Source of the DNA: Vulcanimicrobiota bacterium
Lineage (GTDB): Bacteria; Vulcanimicrobiota; Xenobia; Xenobiales; JADMJV01
Length of the DNA stretch: 64,000 bases
Assembly: GCA_050250895.1 (NCBI GenBank)
Contig: JBFWNU010000003.1
Coordinates: 523,302-587,301 of the forward strand
Reading direction: 5' to 3'
Shown here: positions 47,123 to 55,818 of the stretch, in pieces
Position numbering within the stretch: position 1 is the stretch's first letter
Layout: the number at the start of each line of letters is the position of its first letter
Notes under the pieces: model-generated
What the model was told of the DNA's origin: nothing
The model's database searches: none
Seen by the model: the letters and a program-made list of their open reading frames with translations, nothing else
Program-made: the position numbers and the translations under genes

Positions 47123-47359
47123 ATGCAGAAGTGTCCCAAGTGCGACCACAAGATGGAACCCGGTTTCGTCATCGATTTCAGCCGCACCGCAGTGCGCCAG
47201 TCGGTGTGGCACCCGGGCAACCCGACCCCGGCCGAAGACAAGGTGTTCGGCATCAACCTGGCTCCCGAGGATGCCATCGAGTTTGATGCCGAGGCCTGCA
47301 AGCCGGTGGTGACCTGGCGCTGTCTCGAATGCGGCTACCTGGAGTTTTACGGCTACTGA
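47123..47359 (+). CDS. Small Zn-binding protein (DUF6487/PF20097-like)
   Basis: MQKCPKC..KMEPGFV...W.PG...TWRCLECGYLEFY. Confidence 0.75.
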   Translation: MQKCPKCDHKMEPGFVIDFSRTAVRQSVWHPGNPTPAEDKVFGINLAPEDAIEFDAEACKPVVTWRCLECGYLEFYGY

Positions 47360-47360
47360 C

Positions 47361-47813
47361 ATGAGACGGCTGCCCATCGACCTCGACGAGGTCGCCGAAG
47401 CGCTCACCTGCCACGTCGTCGACTTCACCTGGTATCTCGATACCGACACGGGGCGGGTCTTCTTGCTCGACAACCTGACCCTCGAGGCGGTGGAAGAGGG
47501 TGACATCGACGACCTGCCCGACGAGGATCTGGGCATCGCCCGCAGCATCCTATCCGGCGAGCCCCGCTACCTGCCGGTAGACGAGCCTGGCTGGGACCCC
47601 TACCAGATCATGGACGAGTTCATCGGAACGGTCGATGATTTCGAGCTGGTCGATAGCCTCAATGAAGCCATCGCCTCGCCCCAGGCCTTTCGCGAGTTGC
47701 TCGAGGAGTATCCCAAGTGGCACAAGCGTTGGGAAGAGTTCGAAGAGCAACGCAGCCTCGAGATCGCTCGCGAATGGCTTCGCCAGCACGATATCGAGCC
47801 GCTTTCGCTCTAG
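47361..47813 (+). CDS. UPF0158 family protein
   Basis: WYLDTDTGRV, RYLPV, YQIMDEFI, AFRELL...W..F....AREWL. Confidence 0.85.
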   Translation: MRRLPIDLDEVAEALTCHVVDFTWYLDTDTGRVFLLDNLTLEAVEEGDIDDLPDEDLGIARSILSGEPRYLPVDEPGWDPYQIMDEFIGTVDDFELVDSLNEAIASPQAFRELLEEYPKWHKRWEEFEEQRSLEIAREWLRQHDIEPLSL

Positions 47814-48124
47814 CTCCAGTGGCGAGCCTGGTTGGCCTCTTCCTTGGCGCGCAAGGCCGCCTCCAGATCGACGCCGAAGCGATTGGCCAGGTCGAGCAGG
47901 TAACTCAGTACGTCGGCCATCTCCTCGGCCAGGCCCGAATTGGCCGGTCGAGCCGACTCGGCGAACAGGCCACGCTCGTTGCGAATGGCCTTGGCCAGTT
48001 CACCGACTTCTTCGCTAAACAGCAAGAAAGTTTCGAGGTCGTCGGCCTGGTCCCAGCCGCGGGCCCGGCAGACCTCGGCCATGTAGGCCTGCAGGGTGGG
48101 TAGATCGGCTCCATCAGCAAACAC
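47810..48124 (-). CDS. MazG-like nucleotide pyrophosphohydrolase
   Basis: LFSEEVGELAKAIR...LAEEMADVLSYLLDLANRFGVDLE. Confidence 0.88.
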   Translation of the reverse strand: MFADGADLPTLQAYMAEVCRARGWDQADDLETFLLFSEEVGELAKAIRNERGLFAESARPANSGLAEEMADVLSYLLDLANRFGVDLEAALRAKEEANQARHWS

Positions 48125-48136
48125 GAGGCCACCTTC

Positions 48137-48165
48137 TTGAAATCGAGGGCGCGATCCTATACAGT
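48137..48165 (+). promoter_or_regulatory. Sigma70-type leaderless promoter of the peptidase gene
   Basis: TTGAAA-N17-TACAGT, then 6 nt to ATG 48172; no Shine-Dalgarno. Confidence 0.65.
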
Positions 48166-48171
48166 CCCCGC

Positions 48172-49827
48172 ATGCGAAAACTGTCGATTCTTCTTCTGCT
48201 CATGTTCTGCTCGGGCACGGTTCTGGCCGACCCGACGGCCGATTTTATCCAACTGCGTGACGCCTATCTCGAGAAGGTCAAGCCCCTCGAACGAGAGGCC
48301 AACGACGCCTGGTGGCAAGCCAGCACTACCGGCTCGGAAGAGGCCTACGCCCGCCGCACCAAAGCCGACAACGCCCTGGCCGCCCTGCAGAGCGACCGCG
48401 AGGTGTTCGCCAAGCTCAAGGCCCTCAAAGCCCAGGGCCTGCCCGACCCCGGTCTTCAGCGGCAGTTGACCATGATGTATCTGGCCTTCTTGCCCAAGCA
48501 GGCCGACCCCGAACTCAATCGGCAGATCAATGCCCTCGAGGCCGACGTGGAGAAGATCTTCAACACCCACCGATCCGAGGTCAACGGCCAGCGCCTGACC
48601 GAGAACGACGTGCGCAAGATTTTGCACGAGACCAGCGACACCAACGAGGCCAAAGCCGCCTGGACCGGCTACATGGAAGTCGGCAGTAAGGTGGAACCCA
48701 AGCTCAAAGAGCTGGTCAAATTGCGCAACCAGGTGGCCCAGAGGCTGGGTTTCGAGAACTACTTCCAGCTCAAGCTGGCCCAGCAGGAATTAAGCCAGGA
48801 CGAGCTGTTTGCCATCTTCGACGAACTCGACGAGTTGACCCGAGGCCCCTTCGGTGAACTCAAAGCCGAGATCGACGCCCACATGATGAAGCGGTTCTCG
48901 CTGACCAGGGACCAGTTGCGTCCCTGGCACACCGACGACCTGTTCTTTCAAGAAGCTCCTCACCTGGCCACCGTCAACCTCGATCAGATCTACGAGGGTC
49001 GCGACCCGGTGAAGCTCTCTGAGCAGCACTACGAGAGCATGGGGATGAGGGTCGAAGCGATCATCGCCCGCAGCGATCTCTACGAGAAGGAAGACAAGAG
49101 CCCTCACGCTTTCTGCACCAACATCGACCGGGGCCAGGACATTCGCGTGCTGTGCAACGTCAAACCCAACGCCAACTGGATGGACACCATGCATCACGAG
49201 CTGGGGCACGGTGTTTATGACCAGTACATCGGCAAAGACGTACCCTTTTTGCTACACGAGCCGGCCCACATCCTGACCACCGAGGGAATGGCCATGCTAT
49301 TCGGGGCCCTGACCAAGAATCCCGAGTTTATCAAAGACGTTGTGGGTGTCGACGACCCGGCTCTGTTGGCCGAGTCGCAGCGCAGCCTGCGGGCCGAGAA
49401 GCTGATCTTCTCTCGCTGGACCCAGGTGATGCTTCGCTTCGAGCGCGGCATGTACGAAAATCCCGACCAGGACCTCAACGCCCTGTGGTGGTCGCTCAAG
49501 AAGCAATATCAGAACCTCAATCCGCCCGACGACCTGAGCGGTGCCGACTATGGAGCCAAGCTGCACATCGTGGGAGCGCCTTGCTATTACCACAACTACA
49601 TGCTGGGCGAACTGTTCGCTTCTCAGGTGCGGGCCTACGCGGCCAAGAAGTATCTGGGTCTGGACAATCCCCTCAAAACCAGCTTCTATGGGAATAAAGA
49701 GGCGGGAGAGTACTTCCGCGATCAGATCTTCGCTCCCGGCAACACCTATGATTGGCGCGAGTTGACCAAACGGGCTACGGGCGAGCCGCTAACGGCTCGT
49801 TACTACGCCAAGCTCTACGTCAAGTAG
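48172..49827 (+). CDS. Exported M2/M3-type (ACE-like) zinc metallopeptidase
   Basis: Signal peptide; HHELGH (HExxH), downstream TEG ligand, HIV...YYHNY. Confidence 0.88.
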   Translation: MRKLSILLLLMFCSGTVLADPTADFIQLRDAYLEKVKPLEREANDAWWQASTTGSEEAYARRTKADNALAALQSDREVFAKLKALKAQGLPDPGLQRQLTMMYLAFLPKQADPELNRQINALEADVEKIFNTHRSEVNGQRLTENDVRKILHETSDTNEAKAAWTGYMEVGSKVEPKLKELVKLRNQVAQRLGFENYFQLKLAQQELSQDELFAIFDELDELTRGPFGELKAEIDAHMMKRFSLTRDQLRPWHTDDLFFQEAPHLATVNLDQIYEGRDPVKLSEQHYESMGMRVEAIIARSDLYEKEDKSPHAFCTNIDRGQDIRVLCNVKPNANWMDTMHHELGHGVYDQYIGKDVPFLLHEPAHILTTEGMAMLFGALTKNPEFIKDVVGVDDPALLAESQRSLRAEKLIFSRWTQVMLRFERGMYENPDQDLNALWWSLKKQYQNLNPPDDLSGADYGAKLHIVGAPCYYHNYMLGELFASQVRAYAAKKYLGLDNPLKTSFYGNKEAGEYFRDQIFAPGNTYDWRELTKRATGEPLTARYYAKLYVK

Positions 49828-50674
49828 ACTCTTCCAGCCGACGGAGCCTCTCCTCCAGGGCCGCCGCGTGCTCGCGGGCGGCCCTTGCTTCGGCCTGGGC
49901 CTTTTCGGCTTCGGCCTGGGCCTTTTCGGCTTCGGCCTGGGCCTTTTCGGCTTCGGCCTGGGCCTTTTCGGCTTCGGCCTGAGCCTTTTCGGCTTCGGCC
50001 TGAGCCTTCTCGGCCAGGGCCTGGCTTTGGGCCGCCCGTTCGGCTCCTGTCAGGAGGAGGTTGCCTTGCTCGTCGCACCACCGCAGCCAGGTCGCCTGGT
50101 AGCCTTCGTACTCTCCCTCCCAGGTCGTAAGACCGAGCAGGGCATCGGGAAGCCATCCCGGCGTCAAGAGGTCGATGTAGCTTCTGCCATTAAGCTGGTA
50201 AGCGCGCAGAGCACGACTGCCGTAGCGTTTGAGGGGGTCATAGATGATGTAGTATCCGATGCCCTGTTCACCGTAGGTTTTGAACTTGCGTTCGGTTTCT
50301 CCGCCTTTGGTGTTGGAGACGATTTCGATGACGATGTCTGGCGGCTTACCATAGACCCACGTCATGTAAGCTCGGTTGCCCTTCTCCCAAATGTCTGCAG
50401 GGAGGCTCACGTCCAAACTGACCATGACATCCGGTACCAGTGCGGGATTCTTCGGCACGAAGAAGAGGCCGACGTTGGCAAAGGCCACAAACGGCCGTCC
50501 CTGCCGCATCTCGTCGCTCCAGGACTCATATAACGACCCCGCCAGCAGCCGTTGCTGCTTTTCGGAGAAAGGGTTATCCATCGGCTCGTCGTCCTCGGTG
50601 ATGAGGTGCGAGATATCGGGGACGGGTGGATAGTCGTCCTGAATGGCTGGGTCCACGGCGGGCTCCTTCGGCAT
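49820..50674 (-). CDS. Uma2/DUF820 family endonuclease-fold protein with heptad-repeat tail
   Basis: EDDEPMDN, VPDVMVS, GKPPDIVIEIVS, IGYYIIYDP, WLRWCD..G.LLLTG.ERA. Confidence 0.92.
   Translation of the reverse strand: MPKEPAVDPAIQDDYPPVPDISHLITEDDEPMDNPFSEKQQRLLAGSLYESWSDEMRQGRPFVAFANVGLFFVPKNPALVPDVMVSLDVSLPADIWEKGNRAYMTWVYGKPPDIVIEIVSNTKGGETERKFKTYGEQGIGYYIIYDPLKRYGSRALRAYQLNGRSYIDLLTPGWLPDALLGLTTWEGEYEGYQATWLRWCDEQGNLLLTGAERAAQSQALAEKAQAEAEKAQAEAEKAQAEAEKAQAEAEKAQAEAEKAQAEARAAREHAAALEERLRRLEEST
49887..50012. repeat. 21-bp coding tandem repeat x6 (encodes EKAQAEA)
   Basis: GCTTCGGCCTG(G/A)GCCTT(T/C)TCG repeated six times; the first four copies are identical. Confidence 0.95.
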
Positions 50675-50708
50675 CTTTCGAGTATATCACGATGCCGGCG
50701 ATGCCGGC

Positions 50709-50795
50709 AGAGGGGAGCCACGCTGCGCGTGGGGAGGGGAGCGGAGCAAGCTCCGGGATGGGAGCGAAGCTCGCCTTCGGCTCGCTTCGAGAGGG
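50709..50795. repeat. REP-like hairpin cluster of the same style as 7354-7530
   Basis: CCACGC-TGC-GCGTGG, CGGAGC-AA-GCTCCG and CGAAGC...GCTTCG separated by GAGGGGAG/GATGGGAG. Confidence 0.65.
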
Positions 50796-50840
50796 ATTTG
50801 GCGGCCCTCGGCGGGGCCATCAACGTGGCCCGCAGTCGGT

Positions 50841-52604
50841 CTAGGAGCCCGTCAGGGCCGCCTTTAGGCGGGCGGCTTCGGCGGTGTCATTGCGGGCTTG
50901 GGCCAAGCCCAATAAGCGGGCCAGCACCTGCTTGTCTTGAGGATAGTGCTCGCGCAGGCGTTCGAGGTGAGCGCGGGCCAGCTCGGCCTTGCCGGCGCCC
51001 AATTCTGCGTCGGCCAGATTGGTGAGCAGCTGATAGAGCAAGCGGAGATCGCCGTCCTGGGTGCGGTCGAAGGTCTCGACGGCCTTGCTGAGGACCGCCT
51101 CGGCTTTGGCATACTTGGAAGCAGCCAGATAGACCCGGCCGAGAGCCGCCTGGCGACGAATCATCTCCGGGTGGTCGGGACCCAGTGCCTGGATGCGGCG
51201 GTCGACTAGTTCGCCGTAGTAAAGTTCGGCCTCGGGATAGCGCCCTGACTCTTCCGCCCGCAATCCGAGCGTGTTGAGTCGCTCGATGACCGAAGGGGCG
51301 TTGGCCCCGTGCAGGGTGGCGTCGGCTTCGGCCTGCTGCCAGTGGATGTAGCGGTCGCCGCTGAGCACGATGCCATTGGGCATCGTGATCTGCAGACGGG
51401 CCAGCCGTTCGCCTAGCGAACTCCAGATGCTCTGGGATTGCTTGTAGAACTGGTCGGCCACCGTGACCTTGCCGAGCTTGCGCAAGAGCAGCGAATACTT
51501 GTAGAGAAAGTTGGCGTGCTCGGGGTCGTTGCTGCTGGTCTGGCGCATCCAGTTCATCTGCAGCCATTGGCCGATATGGGCGGCCTGGTTGAAGTGACCA
51601 TGGCGAGTGTTGAGGTCCATCAGTTGTTCGAGCAGAGTCAGCGAGGCCACTCGGCTGACGGGATCGAGTTCTTCGCGATAGTGGAACAGTTGATGGAGGG
51701 TGTCGAGATATTCGCCCCACAGCGTCTTCAGCAGGGCTTTCCAGGCCTGGTTGCGGACGATCTTCATGCCCGTGAGGTCGGTGGTCAGGGCAGGGTCACA
51801 CACGATGGCGCGGCAGCCTTTCCACTTGATGGGGACCGCGTGGGTCAGGCCGTGGCGCACCACCACGATCTCGGAGTGGCGAGGAGCGCCCACCGTCATC
51901 ACCGCCGAGAAGGGTCCGGGGGACGGTTTGACCAGCGACTGGCCCTGCCCGGGCGACTGGGCAATCAGGGGCAGGTCGGGATTGTGCAGATGGCGCCAGG
52001 CCAACCCGTCGGTTAGCCGGATGGGGCCGCTCAGGCACCGCCCGTCGAGTTCGATGGGTATCGGGGCGTAATGGCAGTGTTTGGCTAGCAGATCCCGCTC
52101 GGGAGCCTCGACGGAGCGGGCGAAGAAGCCTTTCTTGCGTCGCTCGAGCCGAATCACCGTGGGACCCTGGCCTGCGTGTTTAGCGGTCGAGGGAGTCTCG
52201 GGCAGGAAGTCGACTCGAAGCCCGGCCTGTTCGAGCACCAGGGTCTCGAGCTCGAGGCTCCGGGCGGCATTGACGGCCAGGGCCAGGTGGCGCGCCTGCT
52301 CGTTGCGGTCATCGAGCAAATAGCTGTAGAGGCGGAGGAGTTCGTCCTCTTCCAGGCGTCGCGTGTCGGCCTCGAAAGTCAGGCTACGCTCGTGTTGGTT
52401 GATGCGAACATAGGTGGCGCCACCCGCCACCAACGAAGCCACCAGCGGTAGAATGTACTGCTCGGGTTTCTCAAGGCGATAGCGAGCCAGCATCTCGCGG
52501 GCCCGCTCGGGATTGAAGGTAAACGAACCACTTGACTCGACCGCACCGCCAGTTCGGTACTCGTCGAGTAGCGACTCGAGATAACTCTCGGCTGGGGCAT
52601 GCAC
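50841..52604 (-). CDS. Protein with degenerate GHKL/ATPase-like N-terminal region and C-terminal kinesin-light-chain-type TPRs
   Basis: ESSGSFTF..ERAREML..Y.L..P..YIL.LV...V..GA N-terminus; GRYPEAELYY...LGPDHP TPRs. Confidence 0.7.
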   Translation of the reverse strand: MHAPAESYLESLLDEYRTGGAVESSGSFTFNPERAREMLARYRLEKPEQYILPLVASLVAGGATYVRINQHERSLTFEADTRRLEEDELLRLYSYLLDDRNEQARHLALAVNAARSLELETLVLEQAGLRVDFLPETPSTAKHAGQGPTVIRLERRKKGFFARSVEAPERDLLAKHCHYAPIPIELDGRCLSGPIRLTDGLAWRHLHNPDLPLIAQSPGQGQSLVKPSPGPFSAVMTVGAPRHSEIVVVRHGLTHAVPIKWKGCRAIVCDPALTTDLTGMKIVRNQAWKALLKTLWGEYLDTLHQLFHYREELDPVSRVASLTLLEQLMDLNTRHGHFNQAAHIGQWLQMNWMRQTSSNDPEHANFLYKYSLLLRKLGKVTVADQFYKQSQSIWSSLGERLARLQITMPNGIVLSGDRYIHWQQAEADATLHGANAPSVIERLNTLGLRAEESGRYPEAELYYGELVDRRIQALGPDHPEMIRRQAALGRVYLAASKYAKAEAVLSKAVETFDRTQDGDLRLLYQLLTNLADAELGAGKAELARAHLERLREHYPQDKQVLARLLGLAQARNDTAEAARLKAALTGS

Positions 52605-52620
52605 ATCCCACTACTTCCAG

Positions 52621-53682
52621 ATGTTCGGGCTCTCTTCCCGGTTGTTCGGGAGGAACGCTGCAAGCCCCGGCAAAGCGGCTGGCGTGGCGGCCCGCGACAC
52701 CATACCCGGTCAGCTCGACCTTTTCGGGGACGAAGAAGAGCCGGCTCCCGAGCCGACCGGGGTTACGGCCCATCCGGCCACCGCCGACCTGGTCGAGTTG
52801 GGGCGACGCCTACCCGACCATCTTTACCTCGGCACTTCCTCTTGGAACTTTCCCGGCTGGAAGGGTCTGGTCTATGGCGCCAATTCTCCTGATAAGCACC
52901 TTTCCGCCGAGGGTTTGCCGGCCTATTCACGTCATCCGCTCTTGGGCACGGTGGGCCTCGACCGCACCTACTACGGCCCCCTCGAGGCCGGCCAGTTTCG
53001 CCATCTGGCCCTGAACCTACCCGAGCGTTTTCGCTTGCTGGTGAAGGCGCATGAGGACTGCAGCCTGGCGCGCTTTCCCAAGCACAAGCGCTACGGCCGC
53101 CGAGCCGGCGAGAAGAACCCGCTTTTTCTTGACCCGGTCTATGCTCGCGAGATGGTGGTCGAACCCGCCCTCGAGGGCCTGGGTCCGCATCTAGGGCCGA
53201 TTCTCTTTCAGTTTCCCCCGCAGAACATCGCCGAGTTCGGCGGGCCGGTCGGCTTTGCCCAGCAACTCTATTCCTTCCTCGAAGCTCTGCCCGACGGGGT
53301 GCTCTATGCGATCGAACTGCGCAATCCCGAGCTGTTGACCCCGACCTATGCGGCCGTGTTGGATCGGCTCGAGGCCAACCACTGCTTCAACGTCCACCCT
53401 ACTATGCCCGATCTGGCCCGCCAGCGGGCGGTGGTGGGGGAGGGTCCCGCCCTGGTGGTGCGCTGGATGCTGGGCCAACAGCAAGCTTACGGAACGGCCC
53501 AGAGCCGCTACGCTCCTTTCAACCGGGTGGTCGACCCCGATCCGACCAGCCTGGAAAGCATCGCCGGCTTGTGCCGCGAGGCCATCGAGACAGGTCGGCC
53601 CGCCTACGTCGTCGCCAACAACAAGGCCGAGGGCTGCGCCCCCCTCAGCCTCGAGCGACTGGCCCGGGCTCTGGCCAGATAA
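52621..53682 (+). CDS. DUF72 domain protein
   Basis: LGTSSWNFPGWKG, DRTYY, LFQFPP, YAIELRN, VANNKAEG. Confidence 0.92.
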   Translation: MFGLSSRLFGRNAASPGKAAGVAARDTIPGQLDLFGDEEEPAPEPTGVTAHPATADLVELGRRLPDHLYLGTSSWNFPGWKGLVYGANSPDKHLSAEGLPAYSRHPLLGTVGLDRTYYGPLEAGQFRHLALNLPERFRLLVKAHEDCSLARFPKHKRYGRRAGEKNPLFLDPVYAREMVVEPALEGLGPHLGPILFQFPPQNIAEFGGPVGFAQQLYSFLEALPDGVLYAIELRNPELLTPTYAAVLDRLEANHCFNVHPTMPDLARQRAVVGEGPALVVRWMLGQQQAYGTAQSRYAPFNRVVDPDPTSLESIAGLCREAIETGRPAYVVANNKAEGCAPLSLERLARALAR

Positions 53683-53721
53683 GCATACTTTCAGGCCGGG
53701 CGGCTAGGTTGGTCAAAAAGC

Positions 53722-55446
53722 ATGATCAACCATCTCACTCACTCAGGCGGTTGCCCGTTTCGGCGCGACCGCGTTAACCCTGGCACGCTGGCCGAGACCG
53801 CCGAGCAAGCCGACTTGCAGGCCCGTCATGAAACGCGAGGCCTTGACTTCTGGCGGACAAAGTGGAAGCCACTGTCGCCCAACGAGGCCATCGAGATGGC
53901 CGCCCGTTATCGCCACTTCGAGGCTCGCGACGGCCAGGGCAACTGGTCACCCATTCGCTCCTTCGAAGAGCTACAGGGGTTGATCACCTCGCTCGAGCAG
54001 CAGGCCGCGTCGCTCGAGTCGCTGGGGCAGACGGGCCAGGCCACCGCCGAACGTGCGGCCGGACTGGTCCGCGAACCTCAGGAGCCTGCGGTGGGACTGC
54101 TCGACTTTGCTCGCGGAATGTTGGCTCATCGCGACAGTCCGGTGGGCTTTCTGCAAGAGTTCCATGCCCGCTACGGCAACCGCTTCAAAGTGAACACTCC
54201 CACCCACGGCAACTTCGTGTTTGACCTGGATTCAGAAGTCTTGAAGGAGGCCCTGCGCAACACCGACGGCGGAGAGGATAGCTGGGAGAAGTGCCCGCTC
54301 CAGGGCCACGGAGCCGCCTTCTTGCTGGGCAAGAAGAACATGTTTCTCAGCAGCGGCGAAGACTGGGCCGGCGTCCAGGGCGCCCTCAAGAGCCACTTTT
54401 CGGCTCGCACCATCCACGGTCCCGAAACCACCGCTCTGCTCGAGTCCATCTTCGACGATCATCTCGACGACCTGGCTGCCCGGGTCTCGGCGGCGGATGG
54501 GCAACTCGAGATCGACCCCCGCCTCGAGATGCAGTTGCCCATCCTCGACGTGGCCTTACAGCTGTTTCTTGATACCAAGCTGAGCAAGGCCGAACTGGTC
54601 GAGCTGCGTGAGGCCTTTAACACCCAGATGAAGTCGCTTCCCATCGAGACGGTCAACCCCTTTCCCGTCAGCCTCCAGCATCTTCCCGGCCAGGGCGAGC
54701 TCAAGCAGGCCCATCAGGTTCTCAACCGCGTGGCCGACCAGATCGTCGCCCGGGCCAAGCAAGAACGCAAGCCCGACTCGATCGTCACTAGCCTGCTCGA
54801 GGTCAACGACCCTGCCACCAGCCAACCGCTTAGCGATGAGCGCCTGCGCCACGAGGTGCTGTCACTGATGGAGGCCGGCCATGAGACCACCGCCACTTTG
54901 CTGGGCTGGACCATGACCCTGCTCGCGCGCGAGCCCGGGGTCTATGCCCACCTCACGCAAGAGGTCTCGCAGGGCTTTGACGACGACGGCGTGATGAGCC
55001 TCAAGGAGGTGCGCGGCCTCGACTATGCCGGGCAGGTAGTGGACGAGTCGCTGCGCATGTATCCGCCTTTCTATCTGTTCATGCGCCGGGCCAAAGAGGA
55101 CACGGTGGCCGGGGGAGTCGATTTCAAGCAGGGCACGACCCTGGTCTCGACCCTTTACAGCGCCAACCGCCGTGAGGACGAATGGGGAGTCGAGAAGACC
55201 GGCTTTCCGGCTCATGAATTCCACCCCGAACGCTTCGGGCAGGGCGGCGCCAGGCCGTCGATGGCTTTCGGCACTGGCCGGCGCCAATGCCTGGGCCAGG
55301 CTCTGGGTCGCCTCGAGGCTGGCATGATGCTGGCCAAGTTTGCCGAGCGTTTCGAATTGGCCAGCGAACACGAACCCATCAAGCTACTTTCGGACCTTTC
55401 CATCCACCCCGAGAACGGCCAGGTGCGCGTCAGTCTGCGCGCCTGA
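53722..55446 (+). CDS. Cytochrome P450 with N-terminal extension
   Basis: I-helix AGHETT, ExxR (ESLR), PERF, heme motif FGTGRRQCLG. Confidence 0.94.
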   Translation: MINHLTHSGGCPFRRDRVNPGTLAETAEQADLQARHETRGLDFWRTKWKPLSPNEAIEMAARYRHFEARDGQGNWSPIRSFEELQGLITSLEQQAASLESLGQTGQATAERAAGLVREPQEPAVGLLDFARGMLAHRDSPVGFLQEFHARYGNRFKVNTPTHGNFVFDLDSEVLKEALRNTDGGEDSWEKCPLQGHGAAFLLGKKNMFLSSGEDWAGVQGALKSHFSARTIHGPETTALLESIFDDHLDDLAARVSAADGQLEIDPRLEMQLPILDVALQLFLDTKLSKAELVELREAFNTQMKSLPIETVNPFPVSLQHLPGQGELKQAHQVLNRVADQIVARAKQERKPDSIVTSLLEVNDPATSQPLSDERLRHEVLSLMEAGHETTATLLGWTMTLLAREPGVYAHLTQEVSQGFDDDGVMSLKEVRGLDYAGQVVDESLRMYPPFYLFMRRAKEDTVAGGVDFKQGTTLVSTLYSANRREDEWGVEKTGFPAHEFHPERFGQGGARPSMAFGTGRRQCLGQALGRLEAGMMLAKFAERFELASEHEPIKLLSDLSIHPENGQVRVSLRA

Positions 55447-55479
55447 GGGAATGGGCCCGCCGAGGGCGAAACGGGGGCA

Positions 55480-55818
55480 ATGCGTTACCTGGTCATGCTA
55501 GTCACTCTCACTTGTTGGCTGGTCGCCTGTGGCTCCAAGCCGACCCCCCAGGTGCCGGCCCCGCCCATCCAGGGCCCAGGGGCGACCACCGTCGAGGTCA
55601 ACCAGGCTGGCCAGCGAGTGGTCAAGATGACCTTTCGAGAGGAAGAATATCAGGCCTGGCGGCGCGAGCTCGGGGACGAGGCATTCACCAAAGAAGGCTG
55701 GACGGCCACCCAGGTGCGCGGCGGGGGCTGGACGGTCGAACGGGTTCTGCCCGATTCCGACGAGACGCGATCTGACCCGAGCACCCCTGCCGAAGCCGAG
55801 AGCCCCAAAACGCCTTGA
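55480..55818 (+). CDS. Small lipoprotein
   Basis: Lipobox LVAC after a hydrophobic signal. Confidence 0.75.
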   Translation: MRYLVMLVTLTCWLVACGSKPTPQVPAPPIQGPGATTVEVNQAGQRVVKMTFREEEYQAWRRELGDEAFTKEGWTATQVRGGGWTVERVLPDSDETRSDPSTPAEAESPKTP

